64,000 bases of DNA from the human T2T-CHM13v2.0 reference genome, Homo sapiens: the NCBI RefSeq assembly GCF_009914755.1, contig NC_060934.1, one strand, 5' to 3'. Below are positions 42,853 to 56,790 of the stretch, one piece after another. Within the stretch, counting starts at the first letter, position 1, and the number at the start of each line of letters is the position of its first letter. Made by a program: the position numbers and the translations under genes. The notes beneath the pieces were generated by a model that saw only the letters and a list, made by a program, of their open reading frames with translations, did not search any database and had not been told where the DNA came from.

Positions 42853-43197
42853 GCCATAAAAAATGATGAGTTCATGTCCTTTGTAGGGACATGGATGAAA
42901 TTGGAAGTCATCATTCTCAGTAAACTATCGCAAGAACAAAAAACCAAACACTGCATACTCTCACTCATAGGTGGGAATTGAACAATGAGATCACATGGAC
43001 ACAGGAAGGGGAATATCACACTCTGGGGACTGTGGTGGGGTGGGGGGAGGGGGGAGGGATAGCATTGGGAGATATACCTAATGCTAGATGACGAGTTAGT
43101 GGGTGCAGCGCACCAGCATGGCACATGTATACATATGTAACTAACCTGCACAATGTGCACATGTACCCTAAAACTTAAAGTATAATAAAAAAAAAAA
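42853..43197 (+). mobile_element. L1PA2-like short 3' insertion
   Basis: Near-L1HS 3'UTR but GAG (not ACA/ACG) at gatgacGAGttag and aaacttaaagtataat; poly(A); 12-bp TSD aagaatattgca; TT/AAGA endonuclease site. Confidence 0.95.
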
Positions 43198-44744
43198 AAG
43201 AATATTGCATAGGTTAAAAAATGTCAATGTATGAACTTTTCTTTCTTAGGCTTTGGTAAACTGCATATTATAGAAGAAAATTTCTGTGGTAAACTGATAA
43301 GACGGCAATCCAAGAATGTTGACAAATGTACACATATGCAGTTTGTAGATATATATAATCGTCATTAACATGTATATAGTTAGATTTTAATGAATACTAT
43401 GGTGTGAATGGGCACAAACCTAATCTTGCCATTTCCTCTTCAGTATTTTTTACTGCAAGGAATTTGACTTTTTAAAAATAATATAAGAAAACAAAATGGC
43501 AATGCATAGCATATGCACACACACACACACCCCAATATGAACTAAATATATGGATCAACAGAGTCTAAAACTGCTCACCCTGTGGAAATAAATGTAAGAC
43601 AATTAATACTACCTCAAATTTTTAAAAAAATCATCTAAATTTTTAGGTTGTTTCCTTTTATAAATATCGTTAAGTGACCAAGTGCCAAACACTTAAGCCT
43701 TACTGATTCTCTTTTGAATATTACTTTTGAATACTGTGTTCAGGTAGGTTCAGAGTCATTTTTCATATTGCAACCAGAAATATAACATATGTTGAATATT
43801 AAGGATTACAAGCGCTCAAATTACTAATATTTTTCAATAGTCTATGAAACAAGAAAACATCAGAATTCATATATTCAGGGTGGGCACGATGTTTATTAAA
43901 AAGTAAAAACAAATAAAATTTGACATAAGCATTTGGTTAATTCAAATGTATATCCTATTATGAGAACACCATGTATATTTTATTAAACTTATTATCCTTG
44001 ACATTCTTACTAAATTAAACCCAAAGGATAGCACATAAAATTTGTATTTTTTATAATCCAGAAATTCACTTGTGGGGTGTGAAGATGCCTGACAAAAGCA
44101 CAGGAATGAATCATTTTTACTGTAACATAATAATGAAGAAAAATGTCTCCATAAAATACTTCCAGATGATTATTCAAATTGTCTTCACTCTGAATGTATG
44201 CTTCTGTGTATGAATCCATAAAAAGTCATAATTACAGTGTGCTGAAACATTTGTTTGAATTTGCATGGTTTCTTTAGCAATATCTAATAGACATACTGCT
44301 TTGCATAGAAACTCGTCTTTGAATAATGTAAAGACATTATAAGAAGAATAGAAGTAAATATTTTATTTATTTAGATTTTTGAAAACAAATGATTAGAACC
44401 TGCTGCATATGAAAGTACAGATATTAATGTATTCCTTTCCTAATATTTAGATAATTTTTTTAAAAAATTATATATCTGAGATACATAAGGAGCTGTACAG
44501 AGCTGATTTGGTTTTACTGGAACTGGAGCTAGAAACAAAGACATATAGAAAAACTGACTCAGTAAAATAAAGGCAGTGTAGATTTTTGTCCAAAACGGTA
44601 GGTGCTTATAAAACATATTTTTAAAATATTTATTTTAATTTGCCTTAACAGAACAGAGTTTTGCACTTTTGCTTATCTACATAACTACTATACAAAGCTA
44701 GTAATCTCCTGTATCTTTAAATATAAATAGCATCTTACTTCCAG

Positions 44745-44880
44745 GGTAACATTTCTTAATTTGTGGTTCAGGAACCATGTGCAACACCCCCAGTTTGCTA
44801 AATCAGAATCTTTAGGTTTAAGACGCTGAAGTGTGTATGTCTAACAATGCCTCATCCTGTTGTAGTTATTATTTTGCAGT
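44745..44880. mobile_element. MER5-like hAT fragment
   Basis: ctaaatcagaatctttagg...gtgtgtatgtctaacaatgcctc resembles the MER5 core. Confidence 0.45.
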
Positions 44881-46972
44881 AGTATGAGAAAATGAAGAAG
44901 ATAGTATAGTATTTATCAATTTGCTTTAAATGGGCAACACAATCCACTCTTAATCTTCCTTTATCCTGAATACTATTATTATTATACATAATATTATCAC
45001 CTTATAGGAACTAGAGATGCAGAGTTTAAGATTATGTAATTTATATGAGGATATGTTGTTTTTAAAAATCTACTAATATTTTATTAGAGATTAATTTCTA
45101 CTCAATGCATACTTAGAGAAACTTTCAATGTGCAAGCATCTGATTGAATGACCAAAGTAGCTTTGTCACACTAAATGAAATCACTCATTCTCAACAAAGT
45201 TTGTATAATCTACAAATGCTCTTTTTAAAAATGATGAATATGTGAAATGTGTTTTTGTTATTAACAGATCAATTGTAACTATACATTTCTATAAAAGTAA
45301 GAAAATAAACTCTAAAATGCTAAACACAAAAATCAGCTATTCTTATTAAATGATAATATAAACAATGGATTCAGAAACAATATTCACTATGGGGCATCTC
45401 AACAGTAAATTGCAAAATGGCAATTGACTAAAAGTGTGTATCTGAAGAAGCCAGACGTGATATTAGGTGACTTGGTGATACATAGATATTTACTTAGTTT
45501 TTTTTTAGTGGCAATAATTTATGAATAAGAATAATTAGGAAAGGTTGCCTAAATATTTATTACAGAAAGTTGTGTTTCTGACTCTGAGACATCTTCAGTT
45601 CCAGGTATACATTATCAAGAAGGTTTTAATCAAGAAGGATTAGTGTTAAGCTACCTGAAAATGAGATTTGGAAACACTTTGTTATTGCTCCATATAATTT
45701 ACAAAAATACAAATGAATATATAGAGAGATATTGTATTACACATTCCAAAGTAACAACGGAGCTTTAAAAATTCCTGCTTTATTGAAAAGAACTGAAGAG
45801 CTATATCTACAGCCAAAATGAATACAGTAGATATAGCTAAGACTTGTTTCATAGATTACTCCAAGTCTTTTAATAAAATGTTCTTCTGTACCAAGTAACC
45901 TACATTTTTGTTTTTCAGACCTCCTTACCTTTGTAAGCAAGTGATACACTTTTATTCTTTGATCTTTTAATTAATTCAGCTGTGATTTTAATTCCATCAA
46001 CAATTAAACACCTGTACTACATAACTTTGCGCTGATCCATTGTGAAAATTTCCAGATTAGCCACACAGCTCCTGTTAAAGTTAATGATGCTACATGCTAA
46101 TTGCCCATGTGCCATGTGAAAATTCCCTTATGGTGCTTAATAACCCTTACAATTCCCCATTTCTTACCCTTGCCACCAAATGGTAATAATCAGATTGTGC
46201 CACCTGCTATCAGCCCATTCTTACATAAATAACATGGGAAGGAAAAGAAGATACAGCAGGGAATTTTTTCTCATCTTGAGGATTTGAACCATTTTATAGT
46301 TTTGACTATATAGATATTAAGCATAAAGCATTGTGCTTATGCTCAATTAATGCATTGAAATGAATATTAATGTAAGATAATACATACTTCTAAGCAACAT
46401 GTAAGTTCAACTTGATTCAACTTTTAAGCCAAAGTCTGCATAACAAAAGGAAAAATACAAATTAGAAAATACAAATACAAATTACAAAATACAATTTTCT
46501 AACTTCTGAAAGTCCCAAAGAAATTCTGGTACCCTTATCAGACGAAGAGCCAAAATTGGCCATGTGGCTTATCAAGATCTGTTCTTGTCAAATTCTTATA
46601 GACTTGTTCTTACATGTTTGAATCTGGGGTTAAAGAAACATTTTTCTTGAAAGCTCAGAGAAAATATGGGTAATTTACTTTATTGTTGCTCTTAATTTTA
46701 CCACTTGAAAGTAATTTTCATACTATGCTTGAAGAAGAAATAATTTGAAACAATAGGGTAATTTTTTATTAAATATGTTACTATTCTCAAGTTAGAGCTA
46801 CTATTCTCTTCCAAATTATTTACCCTATCGTGACATATTCCATATTAAGGTGACCATCTGGGGATGAATTCTTCATGTTTCCATTATCAAGACCACTATG
46901 TCTATTTCCTGCCCCACAAGGAGGTTGGAACTGATGTACCCTGAGTCTCTATTTTCAGCAAAGGATCTAGAT

Positions 46973-47187
46973 CGGGGTGTCCAATCTTCTGGCTTCCCTG
47001 AACCACATTAGAAGAAGAAGAATTGTCTTGGGTCACGCATAAAATACACTAATACTAACTAGCTGATGAGCTAAAAAAAATGCAAAAAATTTTCATAATG
47101 TTTTAAAGTTTACGAATTGGTGTGGGGCCGCATTCAAAGCCATCCTGGGCTGCATGTGGCCAGCAGGCTGTGAGTTGGACAAGCGTG
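46973..47187 (+). mobile_element. MER30 (hAT-Charlie MITE)
   Basis: c(g)gggtgtccaatcttctggcttccctg...gagttggacaagcgtg; degenerate 8-bp TSD atctagat/agctaaat. Confidence 0.92.
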
Positions 47188-47309
47188 AGCTAAATGCTGA
47201 CTTCCTGATAGCTTTCAGATTCCTCTATCAACTAAAAGAACTCACTGAGAGATGCAAAAATAAGAGCCATAATACACTATGAATCCATCTATAAAAATTT
47301 TCTTGATCA

Positions 47310-47413
47310 AGCCAGGTGCAGCGGCACATGCCTGTAGTCAAAGCTCCTTGGGATGCTAAGGCAGTTGGGTCTCTTGAGTCCAGGAGTTTGTGTCTAGCCT
47401 GGGCAGCATAATG
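47310..47413 (+). mobile_element. FLAM/Alu monomer
   Basis: gccaggtgcagcggcacatgcctgtagtc...agcctgggcagcata. Confidence 0.8.
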
Positions 47414-47607
47414 AGTGGTTCTCAATGGGGACAATTTTGTACCCAAAGACAGATTTGGTAATATCTGAAGATATTTTGGGTTCACAAATGAGGGGTGTGT
47501 TACTGACATTCACTAGTTGTAAGCCAGAGATGCTGCTAAATACCCAAACGCATGGGACAGCTCCGCACAATAAAGTATTACCCAATGCAAAATGTTAAGA
47601 AATCCTG
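47414..47607 (+). mobile_element. MER20 (hAT-Charlie)
   Basis: agtggttctcaa...gccagagatgctgctaaatacc...gttaagaaatcctg. Confidence 0.85.
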
Positions 47608-47824
47608 TTTTTACTATCTAAAAACCCTGTTTTTATTATGTATTATTATATCTAAAATTATTCCAGGGCAGGATCTAGAATATGTTTAATAGATGAGACT
47701 ATTTTAGGCTACTAAATGACTAAATCTGCTCATACTAAATATAGGAAATATCTTTTAGGGAAGAATATTTACTTCTATTTTTACAAAGATACTTATTTAA
47801 ATTTTGTTATATTTACATCTTGTT

Positions 47825-47940
47825 CATGTGGCACTAAGCTTTGTGAGGACAGGGGAAAGGTAAAGACAGTATCCGTTTTGATAATGATTATATTCTAGTG
47901 TCAGCACAGGACCTAGTACGGAGTTGCCAGCTTCAACTAA
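47825..47940 (+). mobile_element. L2 3' end
   Basis: taagctttgtgaggacagggg...tctagtgtcagcacaggacctagtac. Confidence 0.55.
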
Positions 47941-48735
47941 CTCACAACACTCCTGTGACATCTTTATTTATTTATGTGTAATTTCTCAAAATAGGTTTTA
48001 CTAACTATGAGTCCTTATTATTTGCCAATCCATTCTTAGAAGAGAGAATTTTGGGAAGAACATTACCACCCAGAAGACTCTTATTCTTTTCAGGGCAAAA
48101 TAAATAATTTGATACATCAATACATGAAAAGACTATGTAAAGACATTGCTAAAGGGAAGGCAAGAGTGATTTCCTTTACTGTACCATTACTGTGAAAAGT
48201 GAATATGATGACTTCTATTAGAAAAACTTTAAAAATGCATTTAAATTTACCATTGTAGGAAAGGAGTTATATTAGTAGTATTTTCATTCCTGCATATCCA
48301 TCTGTATACGGCTTTTTTCAAACAAATAACAGCAATATAACAAAGAGAACAATACAACAGCACGAGTATAGAGGAGATACACTCCTATGTAGTATCTTCT
48401 CTGAGTATATCCATAACACTTCTCTAAAATGTTAATTTCATTAAAATGTTATATTCTTCTAACTTAAAACTTTTATATTAGTAAACAGAATATACATATT
48501 AGTATATTATACTACATTATGTATTACATATGTATTATATATCATATATTTATTATATACAATTATGTTAAATTATATATTAGATTATATTTAATCATAA
48601 TCATATATAATGTAGTATAAAATATAGATGCATGAAATAAACAATATCTTTTCATATTGGAGATTAAAAATAGAAAAAATGAGGTTTATTATAAAAAATT
48701 AACAACAAATAGAACATGAAGAGCCTGTATCATCA

Positions 48736-48870
<135 letters not shown>

Positions 48871-49479
48871 ATCTTAATTATCCACAAATGCAAGAGTAAA
48901 AGAAAAGCTAAGTAATACACAATGATGTGATGCTAATATAAGAAAATTAAATCGTGTTTTCTAAAAATCAAAAACACGGTATAGGAAAAATTAAACAAGA
49001 TATTTTAAAATTGTACAATTGAACAAGTTGGAATAACTTGTGGTTTTTTGTATGTTCACCCAATGAATAAGTGAAGTAATACCAAAATATATGTTACTAA
49101 AATGTGTTAGAGGGGGAGGGCTTTGGTGGAGGATAACAAAACAACTTAGGCAGAAGTTGAAAACTATGTAACATGAGAAAGTAGAAATAGGCAAACTACA
49201 TTGTCCTATTATTGCATGCCTATGCCTTCTCTTTGTCATTGAATTGCAGAGTGGGAAAGCCATTTCTTGAAAGGATGACTTAAAATATCACTGTTCACTG
49301 CAACTTACTTTAAAAAATATTTATGTTTGAGAAAAGCAGAATTCCAATATGTAAAAAAAAGTTGGCATAGATAAAACCATCACAGCAATTAGGTAATTAG
49401 GGCTAACAGAAAGCCATATTCTTGCCAAATTCGTAAGATTGCACACTGTTTCATGTTTTCCTGGATACAGATCAGCCTT

Positions 49480-50680
49480 TTGAAGGAATGAAGCCCACAA
49501 CTGAGTCAGTTCAAATATTTAATGGATCAAGATAATCTTTCACTAGCCAACAAGCAAGACGAAACTAAAAATAGTATTATTCTGAACCTCAGATTATGTT
49601 AACCAAGCTAAAATATCCAGGGACAGATAAACACATGACAACATAGGAAACCAAAAGAGGAAAAAGACAATTAAAATACAAGCCCATAATCATCCAGATT
49701 ATGAAATTATGCAGCATAAACTATGAAACAACTATGATTAATATGCTAAGGAAAATGTTTTTTGAAAAGCACTGGCAACTACAGAGAAGAAACATTTTGA
49801 AATTCTACAACTGCAAATGGAATAACTAAAATTAAAAACTTAATGTATTTAAAATTGAATTAGATGCAACTGAACAGAATATAGATAAACTGGAAGACAG
49901 AAGAGAAGAAAATGGCACTTTCAAAATATTGAAAGCAATAATTACCAAACCAGAATTTTATAGTCAGCAAAAAATACTCTTTAAGAGTAAAGGTAAAATA
50001 AAAGACAATTGGAAATTATATAAGTGGTCACCAGAAGAACTTACTCAAGGATATACTAGATTGTTTGGTAGAAAAATAATAATTATAAATAAACATTCTG
50101 CTATGCAGAAATGAAAGATTAAATAGATGAATGCTTTAATATGTGGTTTTATAAAAGAACAGTGATATATCATGAACAGGAACCTATACTTATTTCTATT
50201 TATCACTTATGTATCTACTTAAGTGACAACTGTATGACATAAGGCAGAAAGGCATGAATACAAGTAAAGTACTCAGATTAATGCTAATGTAAGGTAAGCT
50301 AGAAAATCACTGGTTTATATTAGACACCAAGAACACAGATTTCACTTTCTAGAGTAACCAAAAAACCAACAGTGAAAGAATATGTAACTAATGAGCTAAT
50401 AGAGTACAAAATACATAAACAATTTTAAAAAGGCAAAACAGAAGAGAAACACAAGTAGAAGGCAAACGCAAAATAGCATATCTATTCTCAAATAAGTCAG
50501 TAATCACATTAAAATTAAACAGATTAGCTAGGACCATTGGAGTGATTTACTGAGAAGCTCAGCAAATCCTCTCACCAAAGGCAATGATAAAACTGACAAA
50601 AATTTTAATAAAACCATTCAAGACTCTGGAAATTTTATTTTTAATAAGCTGCAATTAAACAAAAGGAACTAGACAAAATA
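49480..50680 (+). mobile_element. Ancient L1ME/L1M fragments (ORF1 region and 5'-like piece)
   Basis: gaaattctacaactgcaaatggaataactaaaattaaaaacttaa...ccagaattttatagtcagcaaaaatactcttt. Confidence 0.55.
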
Positions 50681-51849
50681 AGCATGGATTTTCAATACTC
50701 AGTTTAAAGAATGTGTGGCATTACATTTGTGATGTAGCAATTTGTTCACCAAATTTAATTACACTGAATAGACACTTCTGGTTCTATCTATGTAGGGTAA
50801 TTGTTAGATCACCTATTAAGCTTGTTGCAATCAGCTCAGGAGGGGGAATTAAAATGCACCTCTGTAGCTTCATTTTGGTCACTCTAAGGTTAGGGACTTC
50901 TTTCTTGCATCCAGCTGAGTTCTAAATGCAACCTAATGCTATCTCTTACTGCTCTGAAGGCAAAATAGATAATTGTCTGTAGAGGAAATTGCTTGCAAGA
51001 TGTAGAGTAAAAGAAAGCTAACATTTCTGAGAACTAGTCTTGACAATAGAGGCTTCTTTTGAATTGAAGCAATTCACATAGTTGGGTAAGAAGATCTGTT
51101 GAAGAAAATAGTAGGCTGGCATTGTCAGAACCCTAAGCATTGAAAGGAAATGTCTAAAATGCTGATAATAGTGTAATTATGTTCATAGATTTGTCACTTC
51201 TAAGTTTCTTTCAGTTTTCTCACCCATGCATTTTTTAAATATAAGCCCACCTAGAGAATACATTTTGCTTCATTAAAAAGTAATAAAGCCTAGAAAAGCA
51301 AGGGTAATGGTATTAGTAGCCAGAAGCTAAAAATTTATTTTCAGTTCTAAATGTATTTGAGAATGAAATATTTTGCTACAGTAAAATAAGATACATACAT
51401 CTTTTTTGAAAAACAAAGAAGTACTTCTGTATGTACTTTTGCATACAAATTTGCTCCCACCAATGGTAGTGATTTGTTGAGGTAGATGTTGTGATTAAAA
51501 TTGGGGTCCTGCTGCAATTACTGTGACTATGTACTGAGCTGACAAAGAAAGAATGAAATCAGAGAGTCAGGGGGAGAAAACACTCCAAGGCTGTATGAGA
51601 ACTACTGTGAATATGGGTGAGTGGAAAATGAGAATCCTGGCAGCAGTCACAGTGACAGGACTGAGAGGTGCAGTGCCTGTGCTATCCAGTGGTAGCTGAG
51701 ACAATGAAAGCTGGCATTGCATTTAATTCTGAGCCTGGAAGATACCTAAAATTAAATGTTCCTTGTTCACTCGTTTCTTCCCTTTTTACATATTTTGTAA
51801 AACCCTGGAGATACAGAAAATACAAATACACATTTTTTAAACAATAGCT

Positions 51850-52070
51850 AACCTTTGTTGAATGCCAAAGAAATCTCAGGTACAGTTTTAAAGAAGAGCA
51901 TATTTCTTTCTTACTTCAACAGAATAAGGTAGTTATATTCTTTATCCCAACTGTAAATATGAGGAAATTGATTCAAGGTAAGATGAGTGCTTGAATAATG
52001 TTTGACACTGGCAAATTGGCAGAACTAGAATTTGACAATAAGATCTCTGAATCCAGAATGAGCCTTTTAA
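51850..52070 (-). mobile_element. MIR
   Basis: tatcccaactgtaaatatgaggaaattga...ggcagaactagaatttga. Confidence 0.65.
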
Positions 52071-52244
52071 AAACTAAGAACTCTTCTAGCAATTTTATTT
52101 TAAACATTCAATTGGTCATTCAACACATAACTATTTAGATATAGTCTTAAGTTTATGTACAGATAAGTGAAAATTGGCATGATTCCTGCTGCTATAAGGA
52201 CGGTGTCTCAGAAAAAAAATTAATTTTAAAAACTGAAAAGAAAG

Positions 52245-52765
52245 CAAATACATGAGCATCAAAAATTCAAATTAAATTTATATTGAGATACTACTACTAT
52301 ACACCTGCCAGAATGACAAAAATTAAAGTGAATAACAAATCCAAATGTTATTAAGAATGGGTAACTCATTATCTCGAATGTTAATGAATGGAGCTCCTGA
52401 AATCCTCATATAGTGCTTCCAGGAGCATAACATGAACAATCACTTAGGGAAAATTGTGTTAATCTCTTACAAAGCCAAACTTATCCCTATCATATGATTT
52501 AACAACTCTTAGGTATTTGCTAAACAAATGCAAACACATATACATATAAGTATTTATAAATAATATTCCTAGGAATTCTGATCTTTGTAACCAAAAGTCT
52601 CTCAAGAGCAAAATGGATGAAACGTATTGTAACACAGTCATAGAACGGAATACCACTCAGTAACTGAAATAGCAAACTTAACAATATATGCAACAATACA
52701 AATGAATCTTGAAATGGATAACAAGAATGCAGACATAAAAGAATAGATATATGTGGATAATTTCT
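52245..52765 (+). mobile_element. L1ME 3' fragment
   Basis: gagatactactactatacacctgccagaatgac...aatgaatctt...cagacataaaagaata. Confidence 0.7.
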
Positions 52766-52769
52766 CTGC

Positions 52770-52882
52770 TCATTGGTCAATGAACTTAGGTCGTTTCCAC
52801 ATCTTGGCTATTATGAATAATGTTGCAATGAACATGAGAGTGCCGATATCTCTAATGAGGTGCTGATTTAATTTTCTTAGAC
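52770..52882 (-). mobile_element. Short L1MA/MB antisense fragment
   Basis: cttaggtcgtttccacatcttggctattatgaataatgttgcaatgaacatgagagtgc. Confidence 0.85.
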
Positions 52883-52884
52883 TT

Positions 52885-54247
52885 AAAAGTCAGTAACATT
52901 AAGATTGTTTGAATGTTTGAAAGGGTCAAAAAGGCACTGCTTTAAATCTTGCTAGTTCTTAAATAATTTTGCGATCACAATCACCCTTATGGGAAATCAA
53001 GTCTCTTTTCCATGAGACAATGTTAATGTGATGATAGCGTGGATTTGAAACTTTCTGTGAATTTCATTTTTAATTTGGAGCTCTTCTCTTTGGACAGATT
53101 GTGGGCAAAGAACAGTTTTATGTTGGAACTCTGCAAGTCCTGGCTCCTTATACTCTTCCAAATTACGTTTGAAAACTGGGACATTTGATTTTTCGTTCAT
53201 CTACTTTTCTCACGTTAAATGGCACTCAGCATAGTGGCACACACCTGTAGTCCCAGTTACTCCAGAGGCTGGTCACTTGAGACTGGGAGAATGAGGCTAC
53301 AGTGAACTGTGTTCGTGCCACTGCACTCCAGTCCGGACAACAGAGCAAGATTCTGCCTCAAAATAAATAAATGAATAGGCACATAATAAAAAGCCTCTTT
53401 AGCATTTCCATCACTCGCATGGAAATCTTAGCCAGACCATGGAGTTCATTAAGTTCAATTACTATTTTCCATGCTATTGCAGGCAAGAGCATTGTCAAAC
53501 TCTCTACTACAGCATAAGAAGAATTCTCTATTATCCAAATTCCAATAACATTTTCTTCAGTTTCCTTAAACTCTCAACAGTAGTCTTTTCACATGCTTGA
53601 AGTTTGTGCTATCAAATTTCTCAAGGTTTTTCCAGCTCCTGTCTTCCACCAGGTCCCAGATTCAGCCACGTTTTAAGTTTTGTTTATTTGTTTATTTTTT
53701 AAATGGAAGCATCCTACCTCTGGGTATTGAATTTTGTTCTGTTTATTATTGCTGCACAATAAAGCACCCCCAAATTAACAAATTTAAATAACTATTTTAT
53801 TTTGCGTACAATTTTGTGGGTCAATAATTTGGAAATAATCAGCTGGGCTGTTCTTACTGGAGACTGCATGTGCAGGCAGGTGTTGGCCGGACCTGTTGTC
53901 TACTTGATGCCTATGATGTCGCTCTCAGATGCATAGCAGTTAATACCAGTTGTCTGCTGGGAGTTCATCTGAATGATCTACCAGAGCACCTACATATGAC
54001 CTCTGTAACATGGTTGTTTTAGAATTGTTTATATTTCTTACACAGCTGATCACTTCTTCTAGAGATAAAAAAAATCCCAAAGAACTATGAGGAAGCTACA
54101 TGACCTTGTCTACCCTTGCCTCAGAAGTTACAGAAATGACCTTTGCATTATATTGGTTAAAGTTGTTTCAGATTAAAAGGAAAGAGCATAGACACTATTC
54201 CTTGATGGGAATAGCCCCAAAGAATTTGCAGTAATATATCTGACCAA
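52885..54247 (-). mobile_element. MLT1 (H/J-like) LTR (~53735-54247) plus MLT1-int (~52885-53735)
   Basis: ttattgctgcacaataaagcacccccaaa...aaagaatttgcag LTR; cctacctctgggtattgaatttt LTR/int junction. Confidence 0.7.
53227..53375 (+). mobile_element. FRAM/AluJ right monomer
   Basis: gtggcacacacctgtagtcccag...gaggctacagtga...; degenerate TSD aat(a)ggcac. Confidence 0.85.
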
Positions 54248-54696
54248 TGAGCAAAGAAATTATCCACATATATCTATTCAAAATGATCATAAGATAAAAG
54301 ATTTATGATGCAATCTGACTTTCTAAATATATTTGCTCTAATACAGCTTCACTTTTGATGTTTTTGAGATTTTTCTATACTTACCTCTAATATAGCAATG
54401 GTGCTGCATTATTCTTTATGGTTTCATTGATTTATGTATTTGTATTTATTAAATGGTAATCAGAAGTCACCTGGCAATTTTCTTTTCTCTCTTTTCATTC
54501 AAATACTCCCCAACAAAAGCCAAAGAAGAACATGAGGCACTTCTTTAAAAAATTGTCAGAACAATTACAAATTATTTTTCATCAGCTTTTGAGATGAATC
54601 CTCTTCTTTGGCACCTTTTTATCTGTGAGTATGAAGAAATGTTTTCTCCAACTTCATTCTTTGGGATGTATCCTATAATTGTTTATCTACTTGCTT

Positions 54697-55017
<321 letters not shown>

Positions 55018-56299
55018 GTTTGTTTTATAATCTATGTATTATTTCCAGGTTGGCTTATTTACAAAAATTACTCACCATTGACTAGTAAGAGCTGTTTCCT
55101 TGGGTCAAGTTATGTGTAGGTGACAGTAAGTACAGTAATGGGGGATTTGAATATTTTATTTCTAGTATTAGTTATTTAACCTTTTCAAACGTTTGTTTTT
55201 TTCTTTTATCTTGGTTAATATCTATTCAGTGTTCTTGTTTAATATGTGAGTGTGGAAAAGTGAGTTTGTAATAAGTACACTTTAACTTTATTATTGCTAT
55301 TTTCCTTGAAATTATATTTTAAATTGCTTTATTGTATTATAGGATAACTTTAAGCCAATCCCCTTCTCTTAAAACTCTTTCATTAAAGATGATGAAACGA
55401 AATACAATTATTTCATTCAACTAGCTGTGGTATCAGAATTCATGTGATCTGGGATAAATGGTTTTGGTAGAGCTTACCCCAAGGTGATCTTTTAAAAAGA
55501 TAAATTCAGATATCTAATCTACAATTAATTATTTCTCTCTCCATGAACTTTCCTCCCTTATGTTATTAGTGCCGTCTGATATAATTTAGATAATTACCCA
55601 ACCAATATTCCTTTGAACTTGCAGAGAGAAAATAAGCAATTTTTGAAAATGTCATTAATTTTAGTAGGTCACTTGGGTCAAAGTCAGAAAAAATATTGCT
55701 TTAGGTTGGACAAAACAGTGCCCTTGTGATTTAAAACAGTTAATGCAATTTCCTTACTTAAAATTTAATTAATGCTGGGATTTAACACATTTGAGAATCT
55801 TTGTGGCTAATTTCCAGTTGGCAATAAATTCTCTTGGTTTCAGTTCTGCTTAAGCAAATTATGCAAAAGCGATATATTTAGATGCTATCTATTTCCTTTG
55901 TTTCTGAGTTTTGACTCTGAGCAACTTGTGACAGAGTGCACATCAGAGAACAAACTTTTGGCAGAGAGATATAGCAATGATGCAGATCAATTTCAAACCT
56001 AAAACAGGCCAAGGGCAATCTTCCCTGTGTTCACTTGTCACCATATTTTCCTGTCATACATCCTCAAAATGGTTAGCAATGAACATTTATTTAGAAGCAA
56101 CTGTACAATATGAGAATGATTAATGTATTGTTAAAACTAAATTCTACTGTCATCTGCTACTCATAACTCTTTAGCTCCATCTCTTATGAGTGTGATAACT
56201 GTGTAACATATACTTCATCTTCCGTATCCTTGTGTGGACTTGTTTTAGACCACATAAGATAGGCAGACATTTTACGGCATCAGATTCTCTAAAAAATAC

Positions 56300-56790
56300 A
56301 TAACTTTGATGCTATATAAATGAGTTCATAGAAAAAGATAAGAAGTTCCCAATTAATTTGTAAAATCAGAATTGATTATCCAATACTGATAAATATGCTA
56401 TGAAAAACGAGACGTTATAAACTTCTTAATAAATACAGATACCAAAACTCTAAATAAGATAGATGTTAGCTATTAAAAAACAAGTTTAATTTATGACCAA
56501 ATTTGGTTAAATTCAGTGATGAAATACTAACCAAATCTGTCAATGTAAACAATTACATCATAAAGAACAGAATGTAAGATATTATTACAGAAATAGATAC
56601 TAAAAATGAGATTTAGTAATGTTTTGTCATCATTACCAATAAAAACTCCAAGTGAAATAGAAATAGAAGTAATTTCATATAATAAAATTGTCTTTATAAA
56701 AAATTATCAAATATTAACTAGATATTGACATTAGAAGAGTATTTCAAGAATTATATGAGGTGCCTAAAACTGTGATTCAACATTGATTTA
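56300..56790 (+). mobile_element. Ancient L1ME ORF2 fragment
   Basis: aatacagataccaaaactctaaataagatagatgttagc...ttatgaccaaatttggttaa resembles the L1 RT region. Confidence 0.55.

Noticed and set aside
42853-43197. L1HS-Ta polymorphic insertion
   Set aside because: Has GAG rather than ACA/ACG and lacks the Ta 3' G diagnostic, so it is L1PA2-like
52741-54279. New DNA transposon with 39-bp TIRs
   Set aside because: No TSD, no transposase, and the interior is MLT1/L1/Alu; retained instead as a candidate inversion scar
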